Of a stretch of 64,000 nt of DNA, positions 1 to 9,720 are shown piece by piece. This DNA is from Gammaproteobacteria bacterium (GTDB lineage Bacteria > Pseudomonadota > Gammaproteobacteria > SZUA-152): NCBI GenBank assembly GCA_021648485.1, contig JAKISS010000004.1, positions 5,487 through 69,486 of the forward strand, written 5' to 3'. The position numbers were made by a program, and so were the translations under genes. Positions within the stretch are counted from its first letter, which is position 1. Every line of letters starts with the position of its first letter. The notes under the pieces were generated by a model, which did not search any database, was not told where the DNA came from, and saw nothing but the letters and a program-made list of their open reading frames with translations.

Positions 1-126
1 CAAGCAGAAATGGGCAAAACCATTGATGACGTATCGTGGGGAAAACGGGTACGCAGTGCAGAGGCAATGGAACGAGTTTTGGTAGCCGATGTTATTGGGA
101 AGCTGGATCAGCTGCATGACGATTAA
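1..126 (+). CDS. 3' end of a probable glycosyltransferase family 9 (LPS heptosyltransferase-like), truncated by the window edge
   Basis: Frame 1 reads QAEMGKTIDDVSWGKRVRSAEAMERVLVADVIGKLDQLHDD*, resembling the WGxRVR...AM..I.V.DV C-terminus of GT9 heptosyltransferases; it converges on hldE. Confidence 0.55.
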   Translation, partial: QAEMGKTIDDVSWGKRVRSAEAMERVLVADVIGKLDQLHDD

Positions 127-175
127 ACATGAATTAAGCGCTAAAAACACCTGTTTTAAAAATCACCAGGTATTT

Positions 176-234
176 AACGCAGAGGGCGCAAAAAATGCAG
201 AGAAAGACACTAAAAACTTTGCATCCTCTGCGTT
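176..234. repeat. Imperfect palindromic intergenic repeat (CGCAGAG/CACAGAG type), copy 1
   Basis: aacgcagagggcgcaaa ... tttgcatcctctgcgtt inverted arms; a related copy lies at ~42299-42358. Confidence 0.6.
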
Positions 235-317
235 TATAACACACCACTTGTCAGTACCACGGCAACATACACTGGAACAATTGTTCGAGAGTTTCTGATT
301 ATTGCGGAGCCTGTTGT

Positions 318-1754
318 TTATTTGTTTCCCAGATCACAAATACGTTGAATCATCTCGGTGGATGAATAACCTGCTTTGAAACTCAACACCTTCACTTCGC
401 CGCCGTTACCCACCACGCAATCGTGTCCAGCGATTTGTTCCGGACGATAGTCACCGCCTTTCACCAGCACGTTGGGCAACACATGGCAGATCAAACGTTC
501 CGGCGTATCTTCAGAAAAGGGCACCACCCAGTCCACACACGACAATGCAGCCAGCATATGCATGCGATCTTCAAGTGTATTGATGGGTCGGCCTTTGCCT
601 TTGAGTTTTTTCACGGAGTCATCGTTGTTGACTGCAACGATCAAGTGATTACCCAGCGCGGCGGCTTCTTCCAGGTAAGTAATGTGGCCAGGATGCAGCA
701 AATCGAAACAACCATTGGTCATCACCACGGTTTCACCACGGGCGCGTACTTCAGCAACAAAATCCAGCAGGTCGGCTTCATTGGTGACACCGCGCTGCAC
801 ACTGCTTTGTTCATTAATAGTGACTTCCAGCTCCTGTACGGACACTGTTGCCGCACCCAGCTTGCCCACCACCACACCAGCAGCGGCGTTGGCCAGGGTG
901 GCAGCATTGGCCATGCTTTCACCCGCAGCCAGCATAGCGGCGAATACGCCGATCACCGTATCACCCGCGCCGGTAACATCAAATACTTCCCGCGCACGGG
1001 TAGGCAAATGCAACGGGGCTTCGTCCTGCGCCAGCAAAGTCATGCCATGCTCACTGCGGGTAATCAAAATAGCCTCTAATTCCAGCTTATCGCGCAGCGA
1101 CTCACCTTTGGCTACCAGTTCGTCATCGTCCGCACAGTGACCCACCACTGCTTCGAATTCACCAAGGTTGGGGGTGAGCAGAGTTGCGCCTTTGTATTTA
1201 GCAAAGTCATTGCCTTTGGGGTCCACCAGCACCGGCAACCCGGCTTTGCGTGCGGCACGAATAATCTCATGTACCGCATTGAGGGAGCCTTTGTTGTAAT
1301 CAGAGAGCACCAACACGTCGATATCATCGAAATTCGCTGCCGTTTTTTCTGCCAACTCACCTGCACCACTGGCTTGTGAGTGGTCTTCAAAATCCAGACG
1401 AATAAGCTGTTGATGACGACTCATCACTCGCAGTTTGGTGATGGTAGTGCAGTCATTGCGGCGTAATAATTGGCTGCGAATGCCACTGCTTGCCAGCAAT
1501 CTATCCAGCGTTTGTGCCGCTTCATCTGCACCGACAATACCGCCCAACGACACTTGCGCTCCCAACGCAGCAATATTCAGTGCCACATTGGCCGCACCAC
1601 CCACACGCTCTTCACAACCTTCCACCTTTACCACGGGCACCGGAGCTTCAGGAGAGATGCGCGAAGTGCCACCACTCCAATAGCGGTCAAGCATAATATC
1701 ACCCACGACCAGAAGTTTTGCACGGGAGGTATCAGGAAGGTTTTTTATGGTCAT
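318..1754 (-). CDS. hldE: Bifunctional heptose-7-phosphate kinase / heptose-1-phosphate adenylyltransferase
   Basis: [11 protein letters not shown]...[11 protein letters not shown], ribokinase-type DVTGAGDTV, and a C-terminal cytidylyltransferase-like domain [12 protein letters not shown]...VKGGDY. Confidence 0.97.
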   Translation of the reverse strand: MTIKNLPDTSRAKLLVVGDIMLDRYWSGGTSRISPEAPVPVVKVEGCEERVGGAANVALNIAALGAQVSLGGIVGADEAAQTLDRLLASSGIRSQLLRRNDCTTITKLRVMSRHQQLIRLDFEDHSQASGAGELAEKTAANFDDIDVLVLSDYNKGSLNAVHEIIRAARKAGLPVLVDPKGNDFAKYKGATLLTPNLGEFEAVVGHCADDDELVAKGESLRDKLELEAILITRSEHGMTLLAQDEAPLHLPTRAREVFDVTGAGDTVIGVFAAMLAAGESMANAATLANAAAGVVVGKLGAATVSVQELEVTINEQSSVQRGVTNEADLLDFVAEVRARGETVVMTNGCFDLLHPGHITYLEEAAALGNHLIVAVNNDDSVKKLKGKGRPINTLEDRMHMLAALSCVDWVVPFSEDTPERLICHVLPNVLVKGGDYRPEQIAGHDCVVGNGGEVKVLSFKAGYSSTEMIQRICDLGNK

Positions 1755-1879
1755 ATCAGGTTCTTGTTTTCCAGGTCATCATCGGGGCATCTATTTCTCA
1801 AGCAAACGGGCGAATGATAGCATAAGCTCAGTAGATTCCCTGCGCCTCTACCGTGCCGATTTAATAACAGACAAATGCC

Positions 1880-2968
1880 ATGACTGCCCATGTCCTTTTT
1901 GACGTTCACCACCTTTATTACCTGCCGCAATTTTTGCCGGTGTATCGAGTTTTGCAGGCGCGTGGTGTGGCGTGTAAATTTGTAATTTATCGTAATGCAG
2001 CGCTACAGACTGTGCTGGACAAGGCAGCTGCCGATGAACGCCTGCCGGTGCATTGGGTAAATAGTGTGGAAGATGCCCGGGATTATTATCAGCTACAAAC
2101 TGCCGAATGGCTGATTCTTGGTAACAGTTTCAAATACCTGGATGATCTGCCTGCCGCCACTCGCACAGCACTTATCAATCATGGTGCCGGCATCAAGGGA
2201 GCCGGACACGATGTCAGCATGTGTCGTGTGTCGGTGCGTTTTGCCGAGGGGCCGTACCAATTTCGCCAACTGCAAAAATATTATCCACAAGGCACATATG
2301 TAGATGTAGGATTTTCCAAGCTTGATCCCATGTTCAATCCTGATATTAAAAAACCCAGTCTGGATCTTATGGCCTGCGGCCTCGACCCGACCAAACCCAC
2401 CCTGCTTTATGCGCCTACTTTTTATCCCAGCTCCATTGAATGCATGTCCGATGACTGGCCCGCAGAATTCACAGGCTACAACCTGCTGGTAAAGCCGCAT
2501 TTTTTCACCTACACCAAGAGTCGTTACCAGACACAGCGACGCAAACTGGAAACCTGGAGCAATGCCCATAACGTGTTTATTGCCGATGTCAGCGATTACA
2601 ATCTGCTGCCTTTCATGGCCAGTGCTGACCTGCTGATCAGTGATGCTTCCACAGCCCTGTTTGAATTTGCCGCGCTGGACAAACCCGTGGTCTGGTGTGA
2701 ATTTCTCAAGTTACGCTGGAGTTATCGTGGACCATTTCGATATCGCTATACCCGACGCATGGATCAGGACATCCTCCGTTATGCCGATATTGCGGTACAT
2801 GCCCAACGTTACCGCGATCTGCTGTCACACGTACAATCCGAACTTGCCAACCCGGGTCAGCATCAGCAACAACGCCAAAGCTATACCCGGGAGCTGATGG
2901 GTATCACTGATGGCCGGGTGTCTGAACGTATTGTGGATTACCTGCTGGCTGATTCTTCAAAAAAATAA
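1880..2968 (+). CDS. CDP-glycerol glycerophosphotransferase (TagF/TagB-like, GT-B) family protein
   Basis: INHG, GFSKLDP, LYAPTF, VKPH, ADLLISDASTALFEFAALDKPVV and DGRVSERI motifs. Confidence 0.8.
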   Translation: MTAHVLFDVHHLYYLPQFLPVYRVLQARGVACKFVIYRNAALQTVLDKAAADERLPVHWVNSVEDARDYYQLQTAEWLILGNSFKYLDDLPAATRTALINHGAGIKGAGHDVSMCRVSVRFAEGPYQFRQLQKYYPQGTYVDVGFSKLDPMFNPDIKKPSLDLMACGLDPTKPTLLYAPTFYPSSIECMSDDWPAEFTGYNLLVKPHFFTYTKSRYQTQRRKLETWSNAHNVFIADVSDYNLLPFMASADLLISDASTALFEFAALDKPVVWCEFLKLRWSYRGPFRYRYTRRMDQDILRYADIAVHAQRYRDLLSHVQSELANPGQHQQQRQSYTRELMGITDGRVSERIVDYLLADSSKK

Positions 2969-3793
2969 AAAAGAATGCCTCATTCTTTAATGGGGTAAAT
3001 CAAAGAAATATTTTTATCTCTTTTTCTTGCCATCTTAATAACCCTTTTCGCTCTCTGTGTCTTCACCTTAGGGTTTTATTATTCAAACCAATCCGCATAC
3101 GTATGAAAACATGGGGGAGGCCAGCCCCTAATTCACACTCAAACATCGGGGATATAGACATCCATTAATGATAAACAAATCTTATTTTGTCAATAACAAA
3201 ACATGAGTCTTGTAACACTCACCCTCAGGTCTAACACTGCCAAGCGGTAACACATAACTTTAACGTTTCTCCCTATAACCCGACCTTGCTTAAAAAATCA
3301 GGACTGCCCTGATAATGCTTTACGCCATACTCCTATTTGTTTTTATGTCCCTTTAAAATATTTACATTATACATTCTGTATTAATGGTGCCTTAGAATCA
3401 GAGATATGAAACATTACTAAATGGTAATGGAAAGCTTAACGCCTCGTTGATAGAGTAGGTAAAACATACGAAACATATTTTTCCATTAGTGAAATTTTAA
3501 GTTGATAAAAACAAGTTTCACAATATTCTGCAAGAGGCTCACATGTACCGACAGCTACTCCCTTTTAAACTATTTTCTCCAACACTTGTTTTGGTTGTTT
3601 TCCTATTTAATGGTCGGTCTAAACTTGCTGAAAGTTACAGATAAACAAGCAGATTATATCTTTAAAAAAATGAATACAGGATCAATCATCCGTCGCATAA
3701 AAAACCGGCAGCTATTAAGATATGCCAGAGGCTTCAAATTAAACCCCGCCAAATACAACCCTGTATAATGTTACTTATTATTGCCTCGGTAAT

Positions 3794-5716
3794 ATGTGTG
3801 GATTAGCAGGAATTCTGTCACGATTCCCAAGTGATGAAACAGCAATGTCATTGAGAGACACTGCTCACTCAATGGCCAGCGCCCTCATTCACCGCGGCCC
3901 TGATGATAATGGTGTCTGGGTTGGTGAATCTGGCGTGGCATTGGCCCACAGAAGATTGTCGATCCAGGATTTGTCTGCATGCGGCCATCAACCAATGCAC
4001 TCGGCATGCAATCGATATGTTGTTGCGTTCAATGGTGAGATTTATAATTTCCCTGATTTGCGGCTACAGCTTGAAGGTCTTGGTGCAACGTTTTCCGGAC
4101 ATTCGGACACCGAAGTTTTTCTGGCGGCTATTTCGTATTGGGGCATTGAGAAGTCACTGCAACATTTTAATGGTATGTTTGCCTTTGCGCTTTGGGATAA
4201 AAAGAAAAAAATACTGACACTCGCAAGAGACCGCATCGGTAAAAAACCTCTCTATTACGGCAGAGTCGGCCATCAGTTTGTTTTTGCCTCCGAGCTTAAA
4301 GCACTAACCAGACATCCATCATTCAGCAATACAATTAATCCCGATGCATTGTCTCTGTATTTACAATACAACTATGTCCCTGCCCCTTATTCAATATATA
4401 AAAATATCTATAAATTGCCGCAGGGCTGCATAATATCAGTAACACATGAAGACGTTATGGAAAACTCAGCAATACATCAAAATGTTACTGAATACTGGTC
4501 GGCTTACAGCGTAGCAAAATCATGTATGGAAACCCGGTTCATTGACACTGAGCATGATGCTGTTCAAATACTGGATGACTTGTTATGTGATTCTGTCAGA
4601 ATGCGCATGATATCGGATGTACCCGTGGGGGTGTTGCTGTCCGGTGGAATTGACTCATCCACAGTAACAGCTATTGCCCAGGCCCAAAGCAGTAACCCGG
4701 TAAAGAGTTTTTCGATTGGTTTTTTAGGCTGTAATAAATCTGAAACCGCAGCCGCCAAAAAAATTGCAATGCACCTGAATACGGATCATACGGAATTATA
4801 TGTCAGTGGAACTGACGCATTAAATATTTTGCCAGAAATCCCGCATATCTTTGATGAACCGTTTGGTGATTCTTCACAAATACCAACGTGCATTGTTTCC
4901 AGGCTGGCAAAAAGCAAAGTCACTGTGGCATTAACCGGAGATGGTGGCGATGAATTATTTTATGGATATAAACGTTATTTGAGTAACAAAAGATTGTGGA
5001 ATCTGAACCGCAATCTGCCAAATTTTATCCGGGCACCACTGAGCCAGCTTGTGGTTGCGGCCAGTGACCTGGCACAGTTAGAGTGTAAATTACTCAAGCA
5101 CATCGCAACGTTACGCGCAAACCATATTCTGGATCTTTATCAAAGCCGGATATGCAAGTTTATCAATCCGGAGCATCTGATAAAAAACAGCCACAACCCT
5201 GTACTTGAAAATATCGCACGCATTAAATCGCTTGGTCTGTCCAATCCGGAAGCAGAAATGATGCTGTTGGATTTCACAAGCTTCCTGACGGATGACGTAC
5301 TGGTAAAAGTGGATCGCGCCAGCATGGCGGCAAGTCTGGAAGTACGAAACCCTATCCTTGATTATCGAATCGTAGAATTTGCCTGGAGCCTCCCTGTTGA
5401 CCTCAAGTTCAGAAAGGGGAAAAGCAAACATGTGCTGCGTAAAGTACTCGAAAGGTATGTGCCAACAACATTGACGGACAGGCCAAAACAGGGATTTGGG
5501 TCACCCGTGCGATCCTGGATTAACGGGCCTCTCAAAGATTGGGCGGAGGATCTGTTGTCTGAAGAACGCCTGAACAAAGACGGTATATTTAACACAAAAC
5601 CAGTGCGGCAATTATGGTTGGATTGCCAGCGAAACAATAAAAGTTATTCAAAGCTTTGGACGATCCTGATGTTTCAAGCCTGGCATCAGCACGTTAACTC
5701 AACAACGACAGGCTGA
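3794..5716 (+). CDS. asnB: Asparagine synthase (glutamine-hydrolysing) family amidotransferase, probably glycan-modifying
   Basis: N-terminal MCG Ntn nucleophile, HRGPD, NGEIYN, PP-loop LSGGIDSS, GDGGDELF, DRASMAASLEVR and RPKQGF. Confidence 0.92.
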   Translation: MCGLAGILSRFPSDETAMSLRDTAHSMASALIHRGPDDNGVWVGESGVALAHRRLSIQDLSACGHQPMHSACNRYVVAFNGEIYNFPDLRLQLEGLGATFSGHSDTEVFLAAISYWGIEKSLQHFNGMFAFALWDKKKKILTLARDRIGKKPLYYGRVGHQFVFASELKALTRHPSFSNTINPDALSLYLQYNYVPAPYSIYKNIYKLPQGCIISVTHEDVMENSAIHQNVTEYWSAYSVAKSCMETRFIDTEHDAVQILDDLLCDSVRMRMISDVPVGVLLSGGIDSSTVTAIAQAQSSNPVKSFSIGFLGCNKSETAAAKKIAMHLNTDHTELYVSGTDALNILPEIPHIFDEPFGDSSQIPTCIVSRLAKSKVTVALTGDGGDELFYGYKRYLSNKRLWNLNRNLPNFIRAPLSQLVVAASDLAQLECKLLKHIATLRANHILDLYQSRICKFINPEHLIKNSHNPVLENIARIKSLGLSNPEAEMMLLDFTSFLTDDVLVKVDRASMAASLEVRNPILDYRIVEFAWSLPVDLKFRKGKSKHVLRKVLERYVPTTLTDRPKQGFGSPVRSWINGPLKDWAEDLLSEERLNKDGIFNTKPVRQLWLDCQRNNKSYSKLWTILMFQAWHQHVNSTTTG

Positions 5717-6035
5717 ACATCTACAAGCTGTTTTACCATAAGACAATGCGCCTCCACTGTGCGCGTCGCTGCCATTTAACCGCTTCCGAAAAAGAAAAAA
5801 TGGAATAATGGAAGTTGATTGCAACCATACTGTGATACAGCGATAATATCCTCTCTTTTCGATAACCCCTGTCAAATAACGCCTACTGGAGCAGTGAATG
5901 AATAAAATCAAAGTGGCTGCCAGCCTCATGTACTGGAACATCGGCGGCGACACGCTATCAGATGTAAAAATCATACTGAGACCGCCTGCGTAACCTGACG
6001 GTAAATTACGGCCTGATCAAAGAACTTCGCCAAAC

Positions 6036-7088
6036 ATGGTTCCCGCCTATTACCTGCTCAAACTTCCTTACACTCTGGCCTGGCAGATTAAACACCGGCT
6101 GGGGAAAACCGAAGATGTGGTGCTTTATTGCGCCAACACTCTGGATTATCAAATCTTCGCCCCCATCCAGAGACACCTGAAACCATTACCCGTAGTGGCC
6201 AAAAATCGTCAGGCCCAGCAGGAATTAGTCAGCATAGGCGTAACCGCCTCACGTCTTCCCAGCTTTCCTGAAGGAGTGATCATGTGTCGCCAGGCAGCCT
6301 ATCGTTTTCCGGCAACAAGCATCAAAAAAATAGGCATGCGTCATGGCGCATATCATTTCAAACCCTTTGCCAACCCGGACAGTTACAACCTGCTTGATCG
6401 TTTTTTTATGACCAGCAGCACCGAAGTAACACAAGCAGAAAATGCAGGCATTCACTGCGGTGTGGCCATCGGTTATCCCAAGCTGGATCCAGCCTTTGAT
6501 GGTAGCATTGATGCAAACACATTGGCCGCGACCCATCGAAACCTCAAGCTCGACACCAACAAAAAAACGATTTTGTTTACCGCCACCTGGGATAAATCCG
6601 GGCTTTCCGCCATCGGCCAATGGGCCCATAAACTTGCCCCACTGGCAGAATGCTATAATGTGCTGGTTACCGTACACCCTTGGACCCCCACTGAACACAT
6701 CAACAATATTCGTAATACACCCGGCGTGCATTACCTGGGTAGCCACGACATTCTTCCTCACATCATGATTGCTGATGTCTGCATTGGTGATGCCAGCTCC
6801 ATCCTTGCCGAATGTTGTGCATTGGACAAACCTATGATCACCTTCAAAATGCCGGAAGGAAAACGTACCGTGCCCTATGTACATAAAATGATCCGCGACT
6901 TCAGTCTGCAAATTGAGCATATCAATGCACTCGATAACGCCATCCAACAATGCCTCGCCACCCCTGATGCCAAGCAAGCCCAGCGCGCCGAAGCCAATCG
7001 CATTATGTTTGATCAACTGGATGGCCTCGCTGGCAAACGTGCCGCCGACGAAATCATCACGCTTTTTCCACAACTGAAACCTAACTGA
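6036..7088 (+). CDS. CDP-glycerol glycerophosphotransferase (TagF-like, GT-B) family protein
   Basis: MRHG, GYPKLDP, LFTATW, TVHP, ADVCIGDASS..AECCALDKP and DGLAGKR motifs. Confidence 0.75.
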   Translation: MVPAYYLLKLPYTLAWQIKHRLGKTEDVVLYCANTLDYQIFAPIQRHLKPLPVVAKNRQAQQELVSIGVTASRLPSFPEGVIMCRQAAYRFPATSIKKIGMRHGAYHFKPFANPDSYNLLDRFFMTSSTEVTQAENAGIHCGVAIGYPKLDPAFDGSIDANTLAATHRNLKLDTNKKTILFTATWDKSGLSAIGQWAHKLAPLAECYNVLVTVHPWTPTEHINNIRNTPGVHYLGSHDILPHIMIADVCIGDASSILAECCALDKPMITFKMPEGKRTVPYVHKMIRDFSLQIEHINALDNAIQQCLATPDAKQAQRAEANRIMFDQLDGLAGKRAADEIITLFPQLKPN

Positions 7089-8128
7089 TGCGCTATCTAT
7101 TCTTTGTCAGCAAGCTCTACGGCTACTCTATTGCCCGACCAGTGCAAGCAGCCATTCGTGCGCGTGGAGACGAAGCAGCCTGGTTTGTTCACGGCGTAAG
7201 TGACGAATATTTACACAATGATGAACAACAATTAAAAACAGCCAAAGAGGTCATGGACTACCATGCTGATGCGACATTCGTTACCAGCAACTGGGTTCCC
7301 TACTTTTTCCCTGGAGCCAAAGTGCAACTGTTTCATGGCTTCAATGCCGAAAAACGTGATGAACAGGTAGGACACTTTCGTATTCGCGGCGACTTTGATC
7401 TGTACTGCACACAGGGACCCAGCACCACACCCAAATTTCAACAACTAGCACAGCAACATGGCTATTTCCAAGCCGTGGAAACCGGCTGGCCCAAAATTGA
7501 CCCACTGTTTCAAACTGATGAACAAACCGGCCTGCGCGAACAATTGGGCATCAAAAAAACCATTGTGCTATACACCTCTACGTTCAGCCGCCGACTCACC
7601 GCTGCACCACAACTGCACGACACTGTCGCACAACTGGCCAACGAAGGTCGCTGGCACTGGCTGGTAAACCTGCATCCCAAAATGCCGCCTGCTATTGTGG
7701 ATAGTTACAAAGCGCTAGAAGGACCGAACCTCAGCTTTATGGATACTGACAACATTACTCCCTTGCTCAAAGCTGCGGATGTAATGGTCTCCGATACGTC
7801 GTCTGTAGTCTTTGAATTTATGTTACAAGACAAGCCAGTAGTCACTTGCCGCCATCGTAACCCAGGCCCGCATTTAGTAAACATCCAAGAAGCCGTTGAA
7901 CTGGAAAATGCTATTGACTCAGCACTCACCCTGTCACCGGAACTGATATCTAAAATACGTAAATACGCTGACTGGCTGCATCCTTATCGTGACGGACGCT
8001 CCAGTGAGCGGGTACTGGATGCAACAGAAGCCTTTTTGAAAAATGATTACGGAAAACTAAAACACAAACCACTGAATTTCAGACGGCGAATGTCAACGCG
8101 AAAAAAACTAGGGTACTGGCACTGGTAA
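7088..8128 (+). CDS. CDP-glycerol glycerophosphotransferase (TagF-like, GT-B) family protein
   Basis: LFHG, TGWPKIDP, LYTSTF, LHPK, ADVMVSDTSSVVFEF..QDKPVV and DGRSSERV; the start overlaps the upstream stop (TGATG). Confidence 0.82.
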   Translation: MRYLFFVSKLYGYSIARPVQAAIRARGDEAAWFVHGVSDEYLHNDEQQLKTAKEVMDYHADATFVTSNWVPYFFPGAKVQLFHGFNAEKRDEQVGHFRIRGDFDLYCTQGPSTTPKFQQLAQQHGYFQAVETGWPKIDPLFQTDEQTGLREQLGIKKTIVLYTSTFSRRLTAAPQLHDTVAQLANEGRWHWLVNLHPKMPPAIVDSYKALEGPNLSFMDTDNITPLLKAADVMVSDTSSVVFEFMLQDKPVVTCRHRNPGPHLVNIQEAVELENAIDSALTLSPELISKIRKYADWLHPYRDGRSSERVLDATEAFLKNDYGKLKHKPLNFRRRMSTRKKLGYWHW

Positions 8129-8930
8129 AAAAATGGCTGCTGAGAAACAAGCCAATCCATCTGTGACCAAATGACTATCAGGACCAAGGTGGCGCTTATC
8201 CCACCGTGCAATAGCCTCTCTCTTGGGATATATCTTGATGTGCATAAACATACAGCATCTCTCATTTTTATACTTTTATCGCTAAACGATAGAACCGTTG
8301 GCTTCTTAAAACGCAGCTGTTGCACAAGGGCCGTTTCCTCCGCTTCAGACAATCGAGCTTGCAAGGTCTCATATTCACCTCATTAGGTTCTGCATAATCA
8401 CTCAAGAAACCAGGCATAATAATTCCCCTTAAGCTCATAGATATCTACACAATTTTTTTATTCACGAATAAGAAATATTCTGCCGTGGATAGAAAAATGC
8501 CATAATCCTGCCAGCAAGGCCCGATTTGTATAACGTATTTTGTGCTTTATCTGTCGCCCATTCAGCATCTGGCTGGACAACGCCACACAGCGCCACACCC
8601 AAAGGGCGGCTTGACAAAACCGTCTCGCGCCTCGACAAAAACTTACCGTTCACACACAGGATGGCGACTCTCAAACGATAACAGTCCTACTGAAAACGCC
8701 ATAAGACCTTTTCTGATTGGTCGAAAAACTGATTGTTCGGCACCAGTATCAACGGGGCAAAAACCAGCGCCAATATTTGCTGTTCTACCTCCACCGCACA
8801 CTTCACCCCATTCAACCAGGGTCTTTTGATTGAATATTTTCCAACAAGTAGAAGGTGACCTACGTTATCATTCCCGGCTTGGTGAACAGCTTGTGCTGAT
8901 TTTTCTCACACATACACTCTGGAATACATA

Positions 8931-9713
8931 ATGAAACTCGCCTCCTGGAACGTTAATTCTCTGAAAGTCCGCTTGCCTCATGTGCTGGACTGGCTGGCTG
9001 AACATCAGCCGGATATTCTCGGTCTGCAAGAAACCAAAACGATTGATGACAATTTTCCGCTGGAAGATATTCAGGCAGCAGGTTATCACGTCGCTTTTGC
9101 GGGACAAAAAACCTATAACGGGGTGGCGCTGCTGAGTAAGGCGGAAGCTTCCGACGTTGTTACTGATCTGCCGGGGCTGGATGATCCGCAGCGGCGAGTG
9201 CTGGGTGCTACGGTTCACACCGATAGCGGCGATGTCCGGTTTTTAAATTTGTATATACCTAATGGTTCTGAGGTGGGTTCAGAAAAATACGAGTACAAAC
9301 TGGGCTGGTTGGCCGCGCTGGAGAAATATATCGAAAGTCAGTTGGCGGCCTATGAAAAATTTGTAGTGGTGGGCGATTTTAATATCGCACCGGATGACCG
9401 CGATTTATGGGACCCTGAGGGCTGGAAAGATAAGATCCTTGTGAGTCCAGCGGAGCGTGCTGCTTTTCAGCGTCTCATTGATATGGGATTAGCGGACACT
9501 TTCCGCTTGTTCGAGCAGGATGAAAAGACCTATAGCTGGTGGGACTACCGTGCGGCCGGTTTCCGTCGCAATCACGGCATGCGCATCGATTTGTTACTTT
9601 CCAGCCCAGCCATGAGCCAGCGTTGTACAGCCAGCTATGTGGACAAAGAGCCCCGCAAGCTGGAACGACCTTCGGATCACGCCCCGGTGGTCGCCGAATT
9701 TTCCGAGGTTTGA
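8931..9713 (+). CDS. xth: Exodeoxyribonuclease III
   Basis: SWNVNS, LQETK, YNGVA, GDFNIAP, YSWWDYR, RID and SDHAPV. Confidence 0.96.
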   Translation: MKLASWNVNSLKVRLPHVLDWLAEHQPDILGLQETKTIDDNFPLEDIQAAGYHVAFAGQKTYNGVALLSKAEASDVVTDLPGLDDPQRRVLGATVHTDSGDVRFLNLYIPNGSEVGSEKYEYKLGWLAALEKYIESQLAAYEKFVVVGDFNIAPDDRDLWDPEGWKDKILVSPAERAAFQRLIDMGLADTFRLFEQDEKTYSWWDYRAAGFRRNHGMRIDLLLSSPAMSQRCTASYVDKEPRKLERPSDHAPVVAEFSEV

Positions 9714-9720
9714 AAGCCCC

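Noticed and set aside
423-1817. Long antisense and alternate-frame ORFs over hldE (also over rpoD, dnaG, the RND genes and pilQ)
   Set aside because: Shadow ORFs of well-conserved genes with no recognisable motifs
3236-3255. gccaagcggtaacac as a JUMPstart/ops element
   Set aside because: Only a partial match to GGCGGTAG; too weak to call
3502-3768. Small ORF upstream of asnB as a lasso-peptide precursor
   Set aside because: There is no YxxPxL leader or Thr(-2)/Gly core pattern and no B protein, and AsnB keeps its full glutaminase domain with the N-terminal Cys
9637-9720. N-terminal extensions given by the ORF track (Kef, and likewise tsaD, rpoZ, yicC, cysQ, pilU)
   Set aside because: They overlap neighbouring genes or precede the conserved family N-terminus, so downstream starts were used
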